From positions 28,936 through 92,935 of the forward strand of contig JAUCBJ010001860.1 of assembly GCA_032718475.1 (NCBI GenBank): 64,000 nt of DNA, read 5' to 3'. The notes below the pieces were generated by a model. That model made no database searches, was not told the DNA's origin, and saw only the letters and a list, made by a program, of their open reading frames with translations. The translations under genes and the position numbers were made by a program. This DNA is from Nemertoderma westbladi (Eukaryota > Animalia > Xenacoelomorpha). Positions 33,165 to 45,780 of this stretch are shown here, one piece after another. Each line of letters begins with the position of its first letter. Position 1 is the stretch's first letter.

Positions 33165-35010
33165 GGTCCAGATCTTTAACTCCTCGGTCTTCTACCGGGA
33201 TCGATTCCAGAAACTCACGGGAGTTGCTAGTGAATTTGGTTAGTCGAAATCCACCACGTTTCAAACACTCTACCATTCCCTTGGCAACATCAATGGCTTC
33301 TTCCACCGATGGGAGGGACTTTAAATTATCATCCATGTATATATCCCGTTTGATGTTGTCGATAACCGCTTTAGAGAAGGCGTCTCGGTTGTCATCAGCA
33401 GTGGTGCGCACTACTGAACAGGCGTTCGAGGGGCTCGAGATGATTCCGAAAGCCTGGATGGTCATCCAGTACTCCACAGGTTTTTGGCTGAGGTCTCCTT
33501 CAGGCCACCACAGAAATCGCAGGCTGTCTCGATCCCTATCCAGCGCCTTAACTTGTAAGAACATGCCTTCTATATCTGAGGCGAAGGCGATCGAATATTG
33601 CCGTAATCTTAAGAGTATTCCCAACAAGGATTGGAGTAAGTTGGGTCCCGGCAACAACTCCGAATTCAGGGATTGGCCCATGTAAAGGGCGGAGCCGTCA
33701 AATACTACCCGAACTTCGTTGGGTTTACCGGGTTTGGGAATGTAATGATGGGTTAAATAATACGTTCTCTCAGTTATGGGTGCTTCTTCCGGTACTCGCT
33801 CCGCATATCCCTTATCGATGAATTTCTTCAGCTGTGTCTTGTACATCTCTTTAGCTGAAGCATTTGCAGTAAGGCGTCGATGTAGTTGAGCGATTCTACG
33901 TTGAGTGAAGTACCAACCTACTCTAGTTCTTCCCGCATAGGTTTGCAATGGTTGCGGTCGAGCAGGTCGTTTCTCTAATGTCTCAAGCGCCTCATGCGCA
34001 TTTTGGCCGATTAATATTTGCACCCCTGGGTAGTCGGTGTTGAATCTAGGGATATCATGTTGCTGGGTAAAATCGTCTTCATCCCAGTTGTAAGGTTCTA
34101 CTTGGCTGGTAGCAAAGTTCTTTATCGCCACCATTTTTACTGACCTTATGCTGTGTTCTCCTAGTTCGTCTTGGGGAGTGGACAACGCGCCTACATAGTA
34201 GTCTGTAGCTACTGTAGATTTCCAAACCTGCATAATTCCTGAAAGGTTCAACTTAGTTCGGAACTTGGGTTGTCCTGCAAAGATGTCTTCGGCTAGTTCT
34301 TTATCGATGAAAGTTCCTGTGCTGCCGGAGTCCAGGAGTGTGTTGACTATAAAACTCTTACTTAATCCATGGACTCTTAGCTGAACTACGGGGAATTCCC
34401 GGATTCCGACGTTGGAAGTTGGTGCTTTCCAAGATGGTTGTCAGTCAGGAATAACCGGGTGCGCTTCGTTATCGGTTTCAGTCTCATACGTAAGCGCTCG
34501 ATACACCGCGGTGTTTATCAAATAACAGGATTCGTTTTCGTCGGAGAATTCGTCCGTGTAGAATCCTTCCATCTCAGAACTTTGGTCAGTGTCGTTCACA
34601 TCACTGAATTGGACATGTAGTTCGGACTCACTTACCTGACTCGGGCTGTTTCTTTCAAATTCGGTGTGCAACAAGATATGATGTTTCGCGCCACACTTAG
34701 CACACCTCGCATCGGAGTAACAGGTTCGCCGTTGGTGTCCTTGTCTGAGACAATTATAACACAACCGCTTATCCCACATGACATCACGTCTATCTTTTAG
34801 GGATTTCTTTAAGAATTCATCATACACACTTAAACGGTGGGGCCCGTCGCACAATGCACATTTTGGTTTGATGTTACTTACTTTACCTTGGGTAATGTTG
34901 TGCACACTCGTTCTTTCCTCGGGCTTTCTTCCATGAACTCTCTTAGGAGACGTAGGAGGGGTTTTTGTTACCTGTTCTCTCCTATCACTGGTTCGAGACT
35001 TAAATTTACT
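33165..35010 (-). pseudogene. BEL/Pao Gag zinc knuckle, aspartic protease and RT (frameshift, stop, internal deletion)
   Basis: Motifs CYNCLRQGH...C..CGAKHHILLH, LLDSGS, YLTHH, VRVVFDGS, SLN..L.PGPNL, SDIEGMFLQV, LRFLW, YMDD. Confidence 0.9.
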
Positions 35011-36326
35011 TCGCTTGCATCCTTCTGGGCTCCTCCACGAGGCGCACCCACGAGGCGGACGCTGTCCCACCCCCTGGGGCCAGTCCGACTGATGTTTATA
35101 TCAGACCGGGCCGGAGGGTAGCCCGATGCTTCCCGGGTTCAATTTTCAATCCCCCGCTCACACCGCCACAGCTCGTCGTTGTAGCCAGATGGTCGGCTAC
35201 TGTCAACTTACTGTGGCCTGACTGTACATTGAGCCAACTCAGAGAGTCAACCGGCGGGTGGACCAGTCGATAGCGATCGAGCATCAAGGTCGCCCTTGAG
35301 CCAAACCGACGGTCTTGTCCCAAGTGGGCTTGCGCTAACCACCTGGAATATTGACACGTTTTCACCCGCCTCGCCGGCAGTATTGAGGGGAAGTAAGTTC
35401 CGCAAACAATACTGACTAGCTCGAAAGCTAGGAACAAGTAACCACTTACCAGTCTCTGTACACGTGTACTCAACAGATGCTCACGAAATCAAGTACACAA
35501 CAGTAAACACAAAATCGGACACATACCATGCACACACAGAGGACATAATCGGGAAAGACAAATCGGTGACAAAATCAGAGGGGACAAAATTGTATCGACT
35601 GATAAAAGAGTCGAGAGTACTTTATTTTGCCGTCAGGGCAAAATAACTTTGTGTGCACAAAGTATGCTGGGGCGCAGTAAAGATATGGTCCTACTAATAC
35701 CAGCGGCGTCTAGACCAACCGGCAAGGGTTCCCATACTCACTCGCAGTGGCCATACATACACTCACGTATACCACGTACCCACAGCAACAGAAAGCTCAA
35801 GCAAACTGCCACTGATCGTCCACACACAAACCACAGATTCCAAAGTATCGTTCTCTCGGACCACACTACAACACCACCCCCTCCTTGCAGCGGATATTCC
35901 AGGTGCTACCTCCATTCCAATAGTAGTAACAACAGAATCATCAGAATCCTGCCCATTCCGATGCAACACCTCCATTCCAATAGTGTTACCCTGGGAAAAG
36001 ACACGTTTTGGCGGCCGATCAGAGACAGCAAAGAGTCTGGTCAACTCATACATACCAAACATAGACCTACCACATAGACCACATAGACCACAGATCACAC
36101 CAAGCCACCACCCCTACTGTGTACAGGACTGGCAGTACGGCAACAGGCCGACTAGACGGTACCACAGCACCATGTTGATTCATGGTTTGCTAGACATGAG
36201 GGCCTTCAGTATCTCCCTTGCACTTAGCACCGAATTTAACGTGTCCCCAGACCCTCACGAGTCCGCCGCCGCCTGTTAGACGCACCCCTATAGAGACCTC
36301 ACCTCTTTAGGTATGTCTTTAGGTGC
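35011..36326. other. Unassigned, relatively GC-rich insert inside BEL-A gag
   Basis: Absent from the sister copy (61380-61470). No recognisable ORF; short internal repeats (cctccattccaatagt x2; cacatagac x3). Confidence 0.5.
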
Positions 36327-38633
36327 TTTATTTATTTATTTAATTTGTTAATAAAAACATATTTATTAATTTAATAAGCACAACATAAAATATAAATTGA
36401 TAAAACAACGTAAGTACTGTATAAAGTTGTAATTAATAGTATATAAGTTAGTAATTAATTGTCTTATATGACAAAAATAATGCGGATTCAGATAAGCAAC
36501 ATCGCCGTATGGCTAGTAATACATTATTAGTAGACAAACACACTCTTTTAAATAGGCTATGCAATGAGAATCTACGGGTGTAAATAATGGAGTTGATGCG
36601 AAGCTGAGTAAGCATTCCGCTCGCACTGTCCATTCTACCAAACCCGAATAACTTACGCACAGAATTATTTAGTGCGACCCTCAATTTGTTAAATACATTC
36701 TGGGTAAAATATACGTCGGACCATAGGGCATTACAGTAAACGTTTCCACAGTATGCTGCAAATAGTCGCAGTTTAACAGCTAGAGAACATTTACTAAATT
36801 TACGCTCAATTATATTAGATCGAGCATAAAAGCATCTAGTCTGCGCTTTGATGTCTAAATCATCGCAGAAATCAGAACTTATAATATGGCCTAAGTATTT
36901 GTACTTTGATACAATTTCTAACGGCTTATCACTAAGAATAAAATGCGGTAATATTGTGAAGCATTTCCGGAGACGGCTATGTAGCACCAAACACTTTGAC
37001 TTTTTGATATTATATACCATATTTTTATCATTAGCAAATTTACTGCAAAAATGCTTAGCAAATACTGTAAAGCAGACGGGTTGGATGCAATTAGGACCAG
37101 GTCGTCTGCATACAATAAATGATTAATGCACCTTAAGTTTAGATTGCATCCTATATCACAATCGGTAAGTTTAATACTAAGACTATTGATAAACACATTG
37201 TATAAACTGGGGCTGAGTATACTGCCCTGTCTGCAGCCATTTATGCAATGGAAAGCCTGAGACAGAGCCCCCGCCCACTTAACTGCAATAGTTTGATTGC
37301 GGTACCAGAAAAATAAAATTCTCAAAATAAATAAAGAAATTCCATGTTCTAATAAGCGGGAGAATAATATCCCATGATCTATATGATCGAAGGCTTTACT
37401 AGCATCGAGAAAAGCTATGTAAACATTAGAACCATTAAGCAAGTACTTATTAATTATTTCTTTTAGCGAATAAACTGAGAGCTCAGTACCCAGAGATTTC
37501 TTGAAACCGAACTGGTTATCAGTTGTATATAAACGAGTTTCTATGCGTGAGAGAATAATAAATTCAAATACTTTACTAACAATGGACGATAAGGCAATGG
37601 GTCGGTAGTTTGACTTATCACTGAGATTGCCAGACTTATCTTTTACAACAGGCGAAATAACTGAGTGCATCATACTGGCGGGTATATAACCGTGTATATT
37701 TATGGCACTATATAAAAATGATAAAAATAAAAATAGCTTATTTGACGAATTAATTAAATGCTCAGCGTAGACCCCGTCTGGTCCAGGGGCTTTGTGTAAC
37801 TTTAAAAGCCTAACGGCTGGGACAATCTCACTATGTGTAAAGAACATCTCTTCAGTAAAAGACACATTATGTAGACACTCGCTTACGCGGGTGAGGTTAG
37901 CGTCGGGAGGAATTGCATTAAAAATTTCGCAATAATGGTCGCGCCACATAGACGCAATGTTCGCATCTCCAGTCACGCCGCCTATATTCGCTGGTGGGGC
38001 GCAGCGGTACTGAATGTCGCGCTTTATGTTGTTCCAAAATGTATTTGTGTTACCCTTACTATCCGATAATAAGGACTCTGCATATTTATCACAACGAGCT
38101 GTCTCATTATCCCGCTTGCATTGCCGGAATGCGTGTTTAAAACGTGCTCGGGTTAGGAGCATTTGCTCATGGACGGGGCCACTGCGGGGACTACCCTCAA
38201 CACGCCAGTCGAGGAACGCCTCTCGAGCATCGTGGTGGAACTCCTTTACGTTGGCGTTCCACCCGGGTACGTCGGACTTCGCTCCCGCTTGTTTACCACC
38301 GGACTGCGGAATCGTTTGGTCGGCTGCCGTTTTTAGCGCGTTAACGATATCATCGTGAAAGTCGTTTATATCCGATTCGTGAGTAGTACATGAGCAGTTC
38401 CTGCAGGAGATTGCTTCACGAGGGAATGTAATGTTGTCCAGCATACAGTCTAGCTTGTGACGATAATTTCTAATGTTTTCCTCCGTGGCTTTCTCCCAAT
38501 TCGGTCGGAAGTCCGTCGGAGCACTGCAGGAGTTCTCACTAGGCAAAACTGATGAGATCTCCCAGTTTAGTTCCACCAGGAGTGCCAAATGATCACTGAA
38601 AGAAGAATCATATTCCACAGCAATGTTACGCAG
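36327..38633 (-). mobile_element. 5'-truncated APE-type LINE (RTE-group, Proto2/RTEX-like; clade uncertain) with one frameshift
   Basis: APE end SDHLAL, PGWN, KAPGPDG, NYRPIAL, QFGFK, FLDASKAFD, GCRQGSILSP, YADD, YKYLGH; (TAAA)n tail at ~36327-36345. Confidence 0.85.
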
Positions 38634-41600
38634 CCGTCGTCTGTATAACACACTGGTGTTACCTTTCTCCTAGAAACGGGTTTTTCACTTACCTTATTTT
38701 CTGGTGTCTTCTCTCTGGACTGCTTTAGGAGCTGTAATTTTACCTTTCCATCTAAGAATGACATGAGATCAGCCATGGTAGGGTCTCTTTGTTGTTGTTC
38801 CATCATATATAGAACTCTTTTGTCCCAACGAGTACCTACTCCACCCTTTGGCAAGGTAGATGCTACAGCTCCAATAACCATAGAACTCTGATATTCATGA
38901 GACTTACCTAGCCAATCTAATTGTCTACAAATCTCCTGGATCTCATCGGAAAATTCTATAATCCCGCTGCTAAGAAACTTTCGGGGCGCTACCAATTTCG
39001 CATACAAATACCTAGCTATGTTATTCCTATTACCATACCTGATGTTTAGTGTATCCCAGACTTGTCTTAATCCATCTGGATGTCCAATAAACTTTAACGC
39101 CACTAACTTGGGAGATCCTTCCAAGCACTCGATGAGGAATCTAAGTTTCTCTCCGTTAGATAGCACAGAGTTCTGTATGTTATCTTTATAATATTCATTA
39201 AAAGGTAACCATTTCATCTCATCTCCGTTGAACTTGACGATCTCTCCCACTTTTACCGCTTGACGGGCTTCGGTTCTAGCCATTTGACGCGTAAAACTTT
39301 CTTGGGCCATCGTATTATTTAATATCGAGTTATCGGTATATAAATTTCTCGGATTATGATCAGGTCTATATGGAATATCATTATCAACAGGTTTATCGTT
39401 ACCCTTAATAGGGTTTACTATAGGAGTTTCTACTTCACTAGCAGTATAGATGCGTGTAGGCTCTACACCTTGCGCATGAAATGCTTCAGACCTAACAGGT
39501 TGACACATTGTTACAGGGGGTGGTGGTATACCCCTTTGTATATTTACTAATTTATCGCGTTCTAACGCGATACTCTGCTGCACTTCTTGCAGTTCTAACC
39601 TACCCTCTCTTACTGTTCCCTTTAACTGCTGCACAGTCCCTTCCATTTCTCGGACGTGCTGGGAGGAACGTATGCGCTGTTCCTCTAATTGTCCGAGCAG
39701 GAGATCCATGCCCCGCCGTCCCTCATCCACCCACTCGACCACCGCAGCGGGAGCCGCCAACATAGTAGCGGGTAGACGAGGGACGACGGGCGATAAATCG
39801 TTGATGTCTCGCTGGGCGTCCAAGACTGGGACTGTTTCTGTGGCTATTCTATTGGGCACAGGTAATTTAGTACTGTGCAAAGGGAATTTAGAGTTAGGTT
39901 CTGGAAGTACAGGTGTCTCTATCACCGAAGGGGTGGCTTCGAGAACAGGCCTAATTATTTCAGGCTCATCTACTATAGTAGGGAGTCTTTCTACTCTAAT
40001 AATTTGGTCTGTGGGTTCTGTACTACCTAAGTCTGCACTAGCTAGTTGCCTTCTCACAGCTGGGGGTAAATTAGGCAATTTCTGATGGTGAGGCGTTCTT
40101 CTACATCTGCTGGAACGAGATCTATTTCCTCCGCCTTCAGGATCTGTTGTATCGCCCTCATCAGATGATGTAAATCCCTGTCTCTTGGGAGTAGATCGAC
40201 TTATCATCTGCATCTGCTTAGCTGTTCTTTGTTTATTGAAGTAGTCTTGCTTCTCTTGAAGATTTTCCAACTCTAGTTGGACTGTCTCTTCAGATGCCCT
40301 CCGTTCTGCTGCTGCCACTGCCTCTGCCGCCTTTCTTTCCGCTTCTGCCGCTGCTACCTTTCTTTCCGCTTCTGCCTCTGCCGCTGCCGTTTTTCTTTCC
40401 GCTTCTGCCGCTGCAGCTGCCGCTTTTCTTTCAGCCTCTGCCACTGCCGCTGCAGCTGCCGCTTTTCTTTCAACTTCTGCCGCTGCCGCTGCTGCTGCCT
40501 TTCTGTCTTCTATCCGTTTTTTCTTTAATTGTTCTTCCTGTTCCCTAGCGATGAGGATACTTTCATCAAATTTAGCCTGTTCTACGGCTAACATTTCCGC
40601 ATCTAATGCGTCTAACACAAATTTGGCTCCCTCACTAGTAGGATGAAGTCCAGATAGTCGTCTCCTTAGCTCTTCGTCGCCTATAAATCGTTGATAGTCC
40701 GACAGATAGATGTCAATGGCGTCCTTCTTCTGAGGTTTCTCTAATGTAACCTCGCTTTCCACCTGAGAAAAGGTAGCGTCTGTTGATTCTCCGTGGGTCG
40801 AGCGCTCAGTTAGCTGAATTTTCCATTGGGTCGTTCCTTGAACTTTGAGACTCACCCGTTGGAACCAAGTCTTTACGGCAACTTGCAACGACGTGTCTTG
40901 GCTTCTTTTTGAAGCTTCCTCAAAGGCCGATAGGATTAGTCTGATTCTTAGGATACGTTCTCGAACTTGATAAAGCAGCTCTCCCTGCTCTTGAGGTCCG
41001 TGGGGTCGTCGGAACAGTTGTTCCTCTAATTGCTCCAAAGAGCTGGAGAATCCCTGTACATATCCGGCTGCCGACCTCTTCCTCACAGCTGGATCTCTAG
41101 TGTCCTTTACCACTCCCATCCTGTATAAGTCTTCCCAGGCAGCTTCCGATAAGTTAAACGGGAGTCCGGGTCCGGGGAAGTTCCATTGCGTCTCGACAAT
41201 AGACTTCAGTTCCTCCATTGTGTATCCCGCATAACTGTCCTTGGTCGATCGCTTACTTCTCGCCCAATCGATTTGGTGTTCCTCCACTGCAATCAATACT
41301 CTAGTGAGTACGGCTTCAGGAAGAATGAGAAGTGGATCCGAATAAACTGCATCTGCCATCTTTGCTCTGCGCTCGGGTGTCAACTCTACAGTATCTGAAC
41401 TACTGGAGCTATCGGGCCGCTGAGAAATAAGTTCTCGGTTCGAGTGTTGCTGCTGTTTAACAGCTGCCTCTTGGTCCCGCTTGACTTGAGCCCGAGTGCC
41501 TATAATAGGGTCTGATACTACTACTGAAGGGATGACTTTTCTTACAGTAGGAGGGAACTTAAACTTTGGTCTCAAATGTTTGGTACTCCTGTCAGAGTCG

Positions 41601-41653
41601 CAGACTGTTGTTTCTAGGAGACTATCTGACAGAGTTTGCTTTGTGTCAGCCAT
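38634..41653 (-). CDS. BEL/Pao Gag N-terminal part (Ala/Glu-rich helix, DUF1759-like domain), cut by the LINE insertion
   Basis: KFNGDEMKWLPF...EKLRFLIECLEGSP...L..RYG. Colinear with 60467-63660 up to VCYTDDG. Confidence 0.88.
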
Positions 41654-43560
41654 GTTTGATTGTACAGTTGAATGCCTACTACTATAATGACAGTTAAAGC
41701 AAGTCTAGTAATTCAGTATCAACTGTTAGCCTAGTAATTATTTACCGATATCGTTACTCAATGTAACGCAATATATATATAATATATTATAATACCAGTA
41801 TACACATATAGTATATATATAAGTATTATTACAGACTAGGGTTTGTCACAGAATACCGGTATATAATTTCAGCATAAATATATATAAATATATAATAGGC
41901 CTACCGTGAATACCGGTATACGGCTTACACTTATAGTATATATAAGTATAATTATAGACTAGAATTAATTACAGAATACCAGTATATAATTTCAGCATAA
42001 ATTTATATAAATAAATATAATAAGCCTATAGTAAATACCGGTATGTCAGTTATTTTATAATAACTGAATTTCTGAATTTTAGGGTTACCTTTCTTTACTT
42101 TATTACTGTTATTACGCAGTAGTCCAACTGATATTAAGACCTAATTGATGTATGACAGGCCTACTATTTTATAAATCGGTTTGAGTTGATTTATAATATA
42201 TATATATACCCTTATAATGGGTTTTTAACAATATTTGAAATAAATGTTATTATTTCTGGTAAGGAGTCACTACACCGAAGCTGAATGCTCTCAGTGAAGT
42301 GCTACTTGTTGGACACTAAAACAAATAATTCTACTTGACTAAGTTACTTATTACTACAAATTACGTATAATTACGGGGTGAGATTACAATCTCTAAATAA
42401 ACACAAAAATTACACGTACAAATTTTAGGGTAATTTTACAGGAAATCTACAAACCAGCCTAACAAGGGGTTAGAATTTCTGGTTATTACAACGGACAGGA
42501 TACTACGGTATTTGAAAATAATTAAGCAGTAGTAAATAAATTGCATTGTCCAGATAAGAAAATACCACCGTCTGACGACTTATAGTCTTTAGCTGTACAG
42601 CTCTATAAGTACTACATTATGTACCCGGAGTGTTCTTACCTAGAAGTTAATTACCTCAGCCAACCAGAGCTAACGTGCCTATTAACCACTTTACAACACA
42701 AATATACCGCCTACACACTAATTACCTTCGGAAAGTATTGTACACTAAACCCTAAATTAGGTACAAGTACCTATACAACAAATAACCAGCAGTTAAAAAT
42801 ACTTGTACAGCTAAAAGACTCACGGTATCTGCCGGAGTGACCAGAGCATAAAATCACCAGTCTTTACCTACGCCAAGCAGCCCTGATGTAGTACCAGGGT
42901 TAATTTAACTATAACGGTATGTATAACAAGCACAATTACTGTAGGAATAAACTTGGGGAGTTATGTATGTTGCGAATACTCGCATAGCCTCTGAATAATA
43001 AATATTACGCTACCCGTGCAGACTACACAAACAAAATACAAACAAAACGCTGGCAGACTACTATCAAGCCTAAATAAACTACAGTATATGCAGACTCCGA
43101 AATGGTTAGTTAGTATGCGTTCTAACCGAGTAGTACGACTTATTCTTTCGGGGGGGATTTACCTTACAGCACTGGATGCCCCCACCTTCCTAACTAGTAC
43201 TTTATTGGACATACACTCTACACATACTGCAATCTCTTCAGACTTAACAACAGTCAGACAACAATCCAGCCTACAAATTATTTATACAATCTGAGCAGGC
43301 TTACACACCTTCTGCTCAATATTACACTTACAAATAAATAAAACTGACAGAAATAAGTAAAATCCCAATAAAAAACCAGGGCTGCAGTCCCTGATTAAAT
43401 ATCAAGACCTACCGGTATATAATTATCAAAATCGAATAATACTGCTGTACCTGTAAGTACCGGTTCGGGCAGTTGGGCAGTTAGGCCTACAGCTTACCGT
43501 TCGACCGGTACCTTCGACTTTATTGCCTACGGTGCAATAAAGAATCTAGAAAACTATTAT
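41654..43560 (-). other. Long 5' leader of BEL-A with short AT-rich repeats
   Basis: Lies between the 5' LTR and the gag ATG. Repeats of cagaataccggtatataatttcagc; homolog at 63670-64000. Confidence 0.7.
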
Positions 43561-44816
43561 TGTTCGCGCTTTCAGACCTTTAGCAGTTTAACCTGCCAAT
43601 TTTAGGCGTCCTCTTGTTTATAAATCGACTTTAGCCTATAACAATTATTTAATGCACATGAAGTAACATTAGCTGAAGCCAGTCTATGCGCAATCATTCA
43701 CCCACAGTTAAGGGAGACTGGATTCGGGTGCTTTGAAGTTATTGCATTGCAGACCTACTGTATTATTCGATTGATCGTTACTATATAATCTCTGACAATG
43801 TTATTCACTTTCGGGGAAATATTAACAGTTCCTTTAGGACGTGGCGCTTTAAGTATAAAACAGAGTTATGACTTATACTAAACACAACGAGATGGCTACT
43901 GATTTTCGTAAATAGCGCATTCTTTAGGAGATGCTTTATTATCTGTCACACTACTGCACACGACTTCACACTGTTTCACACTGATCTGCCGACCGTCACT
44001 GAATTTGATCATATATAAGGAGGATAGCAACTGACACATGTAGGGATTATGAAATAGCATTTAATGCACACTAAAACCACTGTAATGTAAGTCGCAATTG
44101 CTACCGGTAACCGGTCCCTCTAACCTTTAGTAATCAAGAAGATTGGGGGTTTTATGATTATTTATTGATATTCTCCAAATATAACAACATATCCATCAAC
44201 ATATAACCATTAATAACAGACAGTAAACAGAAGTACATAATGCGGTGATATTCAGCCAGTATCGGTAATACCGGTACCGCAGGTGCCAAGTGACCAGTTG
44301 TTATGGTTAGTTGCACAGTTGCACAGTGCAGTAGGGCCAGTAATGCATCCAGTCAGTCCAGTTGACAAGTTGACAGGTGCAGGTGATCGGAGTTTGGTTT
44401 ACAGATAATAGATTTACGTTCTTATAATCAAAGCCGTCTAATGTTGGCCAAAGTCTGAAACTTCACAGAATAATTTCCAAGCAGTTGTTCTCGCTCAGAA
44501 AGGTAAACAAAGACCGTAATGCATTGCGCAATTTCCCGTAGGCTCCTGTGCAAGATAAAATGAAAATCGCTCTGATTGGTCGAGCGAGCCTGAACAAAGA
44601 AAGTTCCACATCGACAGCAAATCAGCTGACAGATTTCGTCATCTGAACTACACTCTATTTAGAGTATTTGGCGTATTGCGGCATAAAATGGCTTGTTATG
44701 TCCGCTAAAACACCTACATGGTACACTGCGGAGAAAATGGCTTGTTATGTCCACTAAAACAACTAAACAGTTAATTGCGGAGAAAATGACTGGTTATATC
44801 CGCAAAAGCTTTTACA
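43561..44816 (-). repeat. 5' LTR of BEL element A
   Basis: tgttcgcgctttcag...caaaagcttttaca, matching 25207-26504. Confidence 0.92.
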
Positions 44817-45221
44817 AAATGATCATGTTAGTAAGACAAGACTTGGGGGGGGGGGGGGGGGGGTTATTATATGAATGAAATGTGGAATCCCGCTGTAACC
44901 CGAGTCCACGTACTGTACGAATGATTATGTTAGTAAGATGGGTGTGTAGTACGTATTTTGATAATTTAAATGGTCAGATTATATTGAGGGTGCCGCACCA
45001 AGTCAAGGAATTTTGTTAGTTTCTGCTATAGATAGACTGGTCAATCTACGGAAATGAAAGCCTAGTTTTTCGATATGTGTGTGTACAAATATGCAAACAT
45101 GCGAACCTTTTGATTAAAATACCGGTGACAACAATGACATAATTTGGAGACGAAGTGAGTGTTACAATTTTGGGACAAAATGATAAATACATAACCGAGG
45201 CGAAAATAAGAAAGGGCAGGG

Positions 45222-45465
45222 CGTCAAGTACTAGCACAATCAACTCACGTGTGGAGTTAGTAAGAAAGTGAAAGTAATTGAGATTGTGAGGTCAAGTACT
45301 ACCACAATCAACTCACATGTGGAGTTAGTAAGAAAGTGAAAGTAATTGAGAGGGTGAGGTCAAGTACTAGCACTAACAACTCGCGATCAGAGTTAGTAAG
45401 AAAGTGAAGTAATTAACACAGAGTGAGAGAGAGAGTGAGAGAGAGACAGGGAGAGAGAGAGAGAG
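45222..45465. repeat. ~69-bp tandem repeat (3 copies) plus (GA)n in the 3' region of BEL-B
   Basis: gtcaagtacta(g/c)cac...gagttagtaagaaagtgaa occurs three times, followed by a GA tract. Confidence 0.8.
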
Positions 45466-45780
45466 AAATCGATTAAAGGCGGGTAAAGCAAGTGAGGTAA
45501 AGTAAATCGAGTGGTATAAAGTGAATGTTAAAGGAAATGTTAGAGCGTTGGTTGACACACCGCCCCTCTTGGCAGGGAGTGCTAAAAGGAGACATAGGAA
45601 AACCAACGCGATATAGATAGGGTGTACAAGTCTACGTATAACCAATGAAATACTCAACCGCCACCATACTAAAGGGTTAATATCAACGAGTTAGTACGTG
45701 TGAGATAATGAGAGAGTTCCATGTTCGAGGCAACGCGACATCAAATTTGAGTTCGAAACAATGTTACATTGAGTTTGTGT

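Larger units (their letters stand above)
25207..44816 (-). mobile_element. BEL/Pao LTR retrotransposon A (~19.6 kb including nested insertions), defective
   Basis: Two ~1.26-kb TG...CA LTRs; Gag-PR-RT-RH-IN order on the - strand; purine-rich gggagcgg just before the 3' LTR. Confidence 0.9.

Noticed and set aside
38567-38651. Genuine Gag-LINE RT fusion or overlap
   Set aside because: The ORF overlap is just readthrough across the insertion junction at ~38633.
40277-40548. Cys/Arg-rich and Leu/Pro-rich + strand ORFs (also 63101-63539 and 53237-53815 on the opposite strand of element C)
   Set aside because: They are antisense shadows of the repetitive Gag helices.
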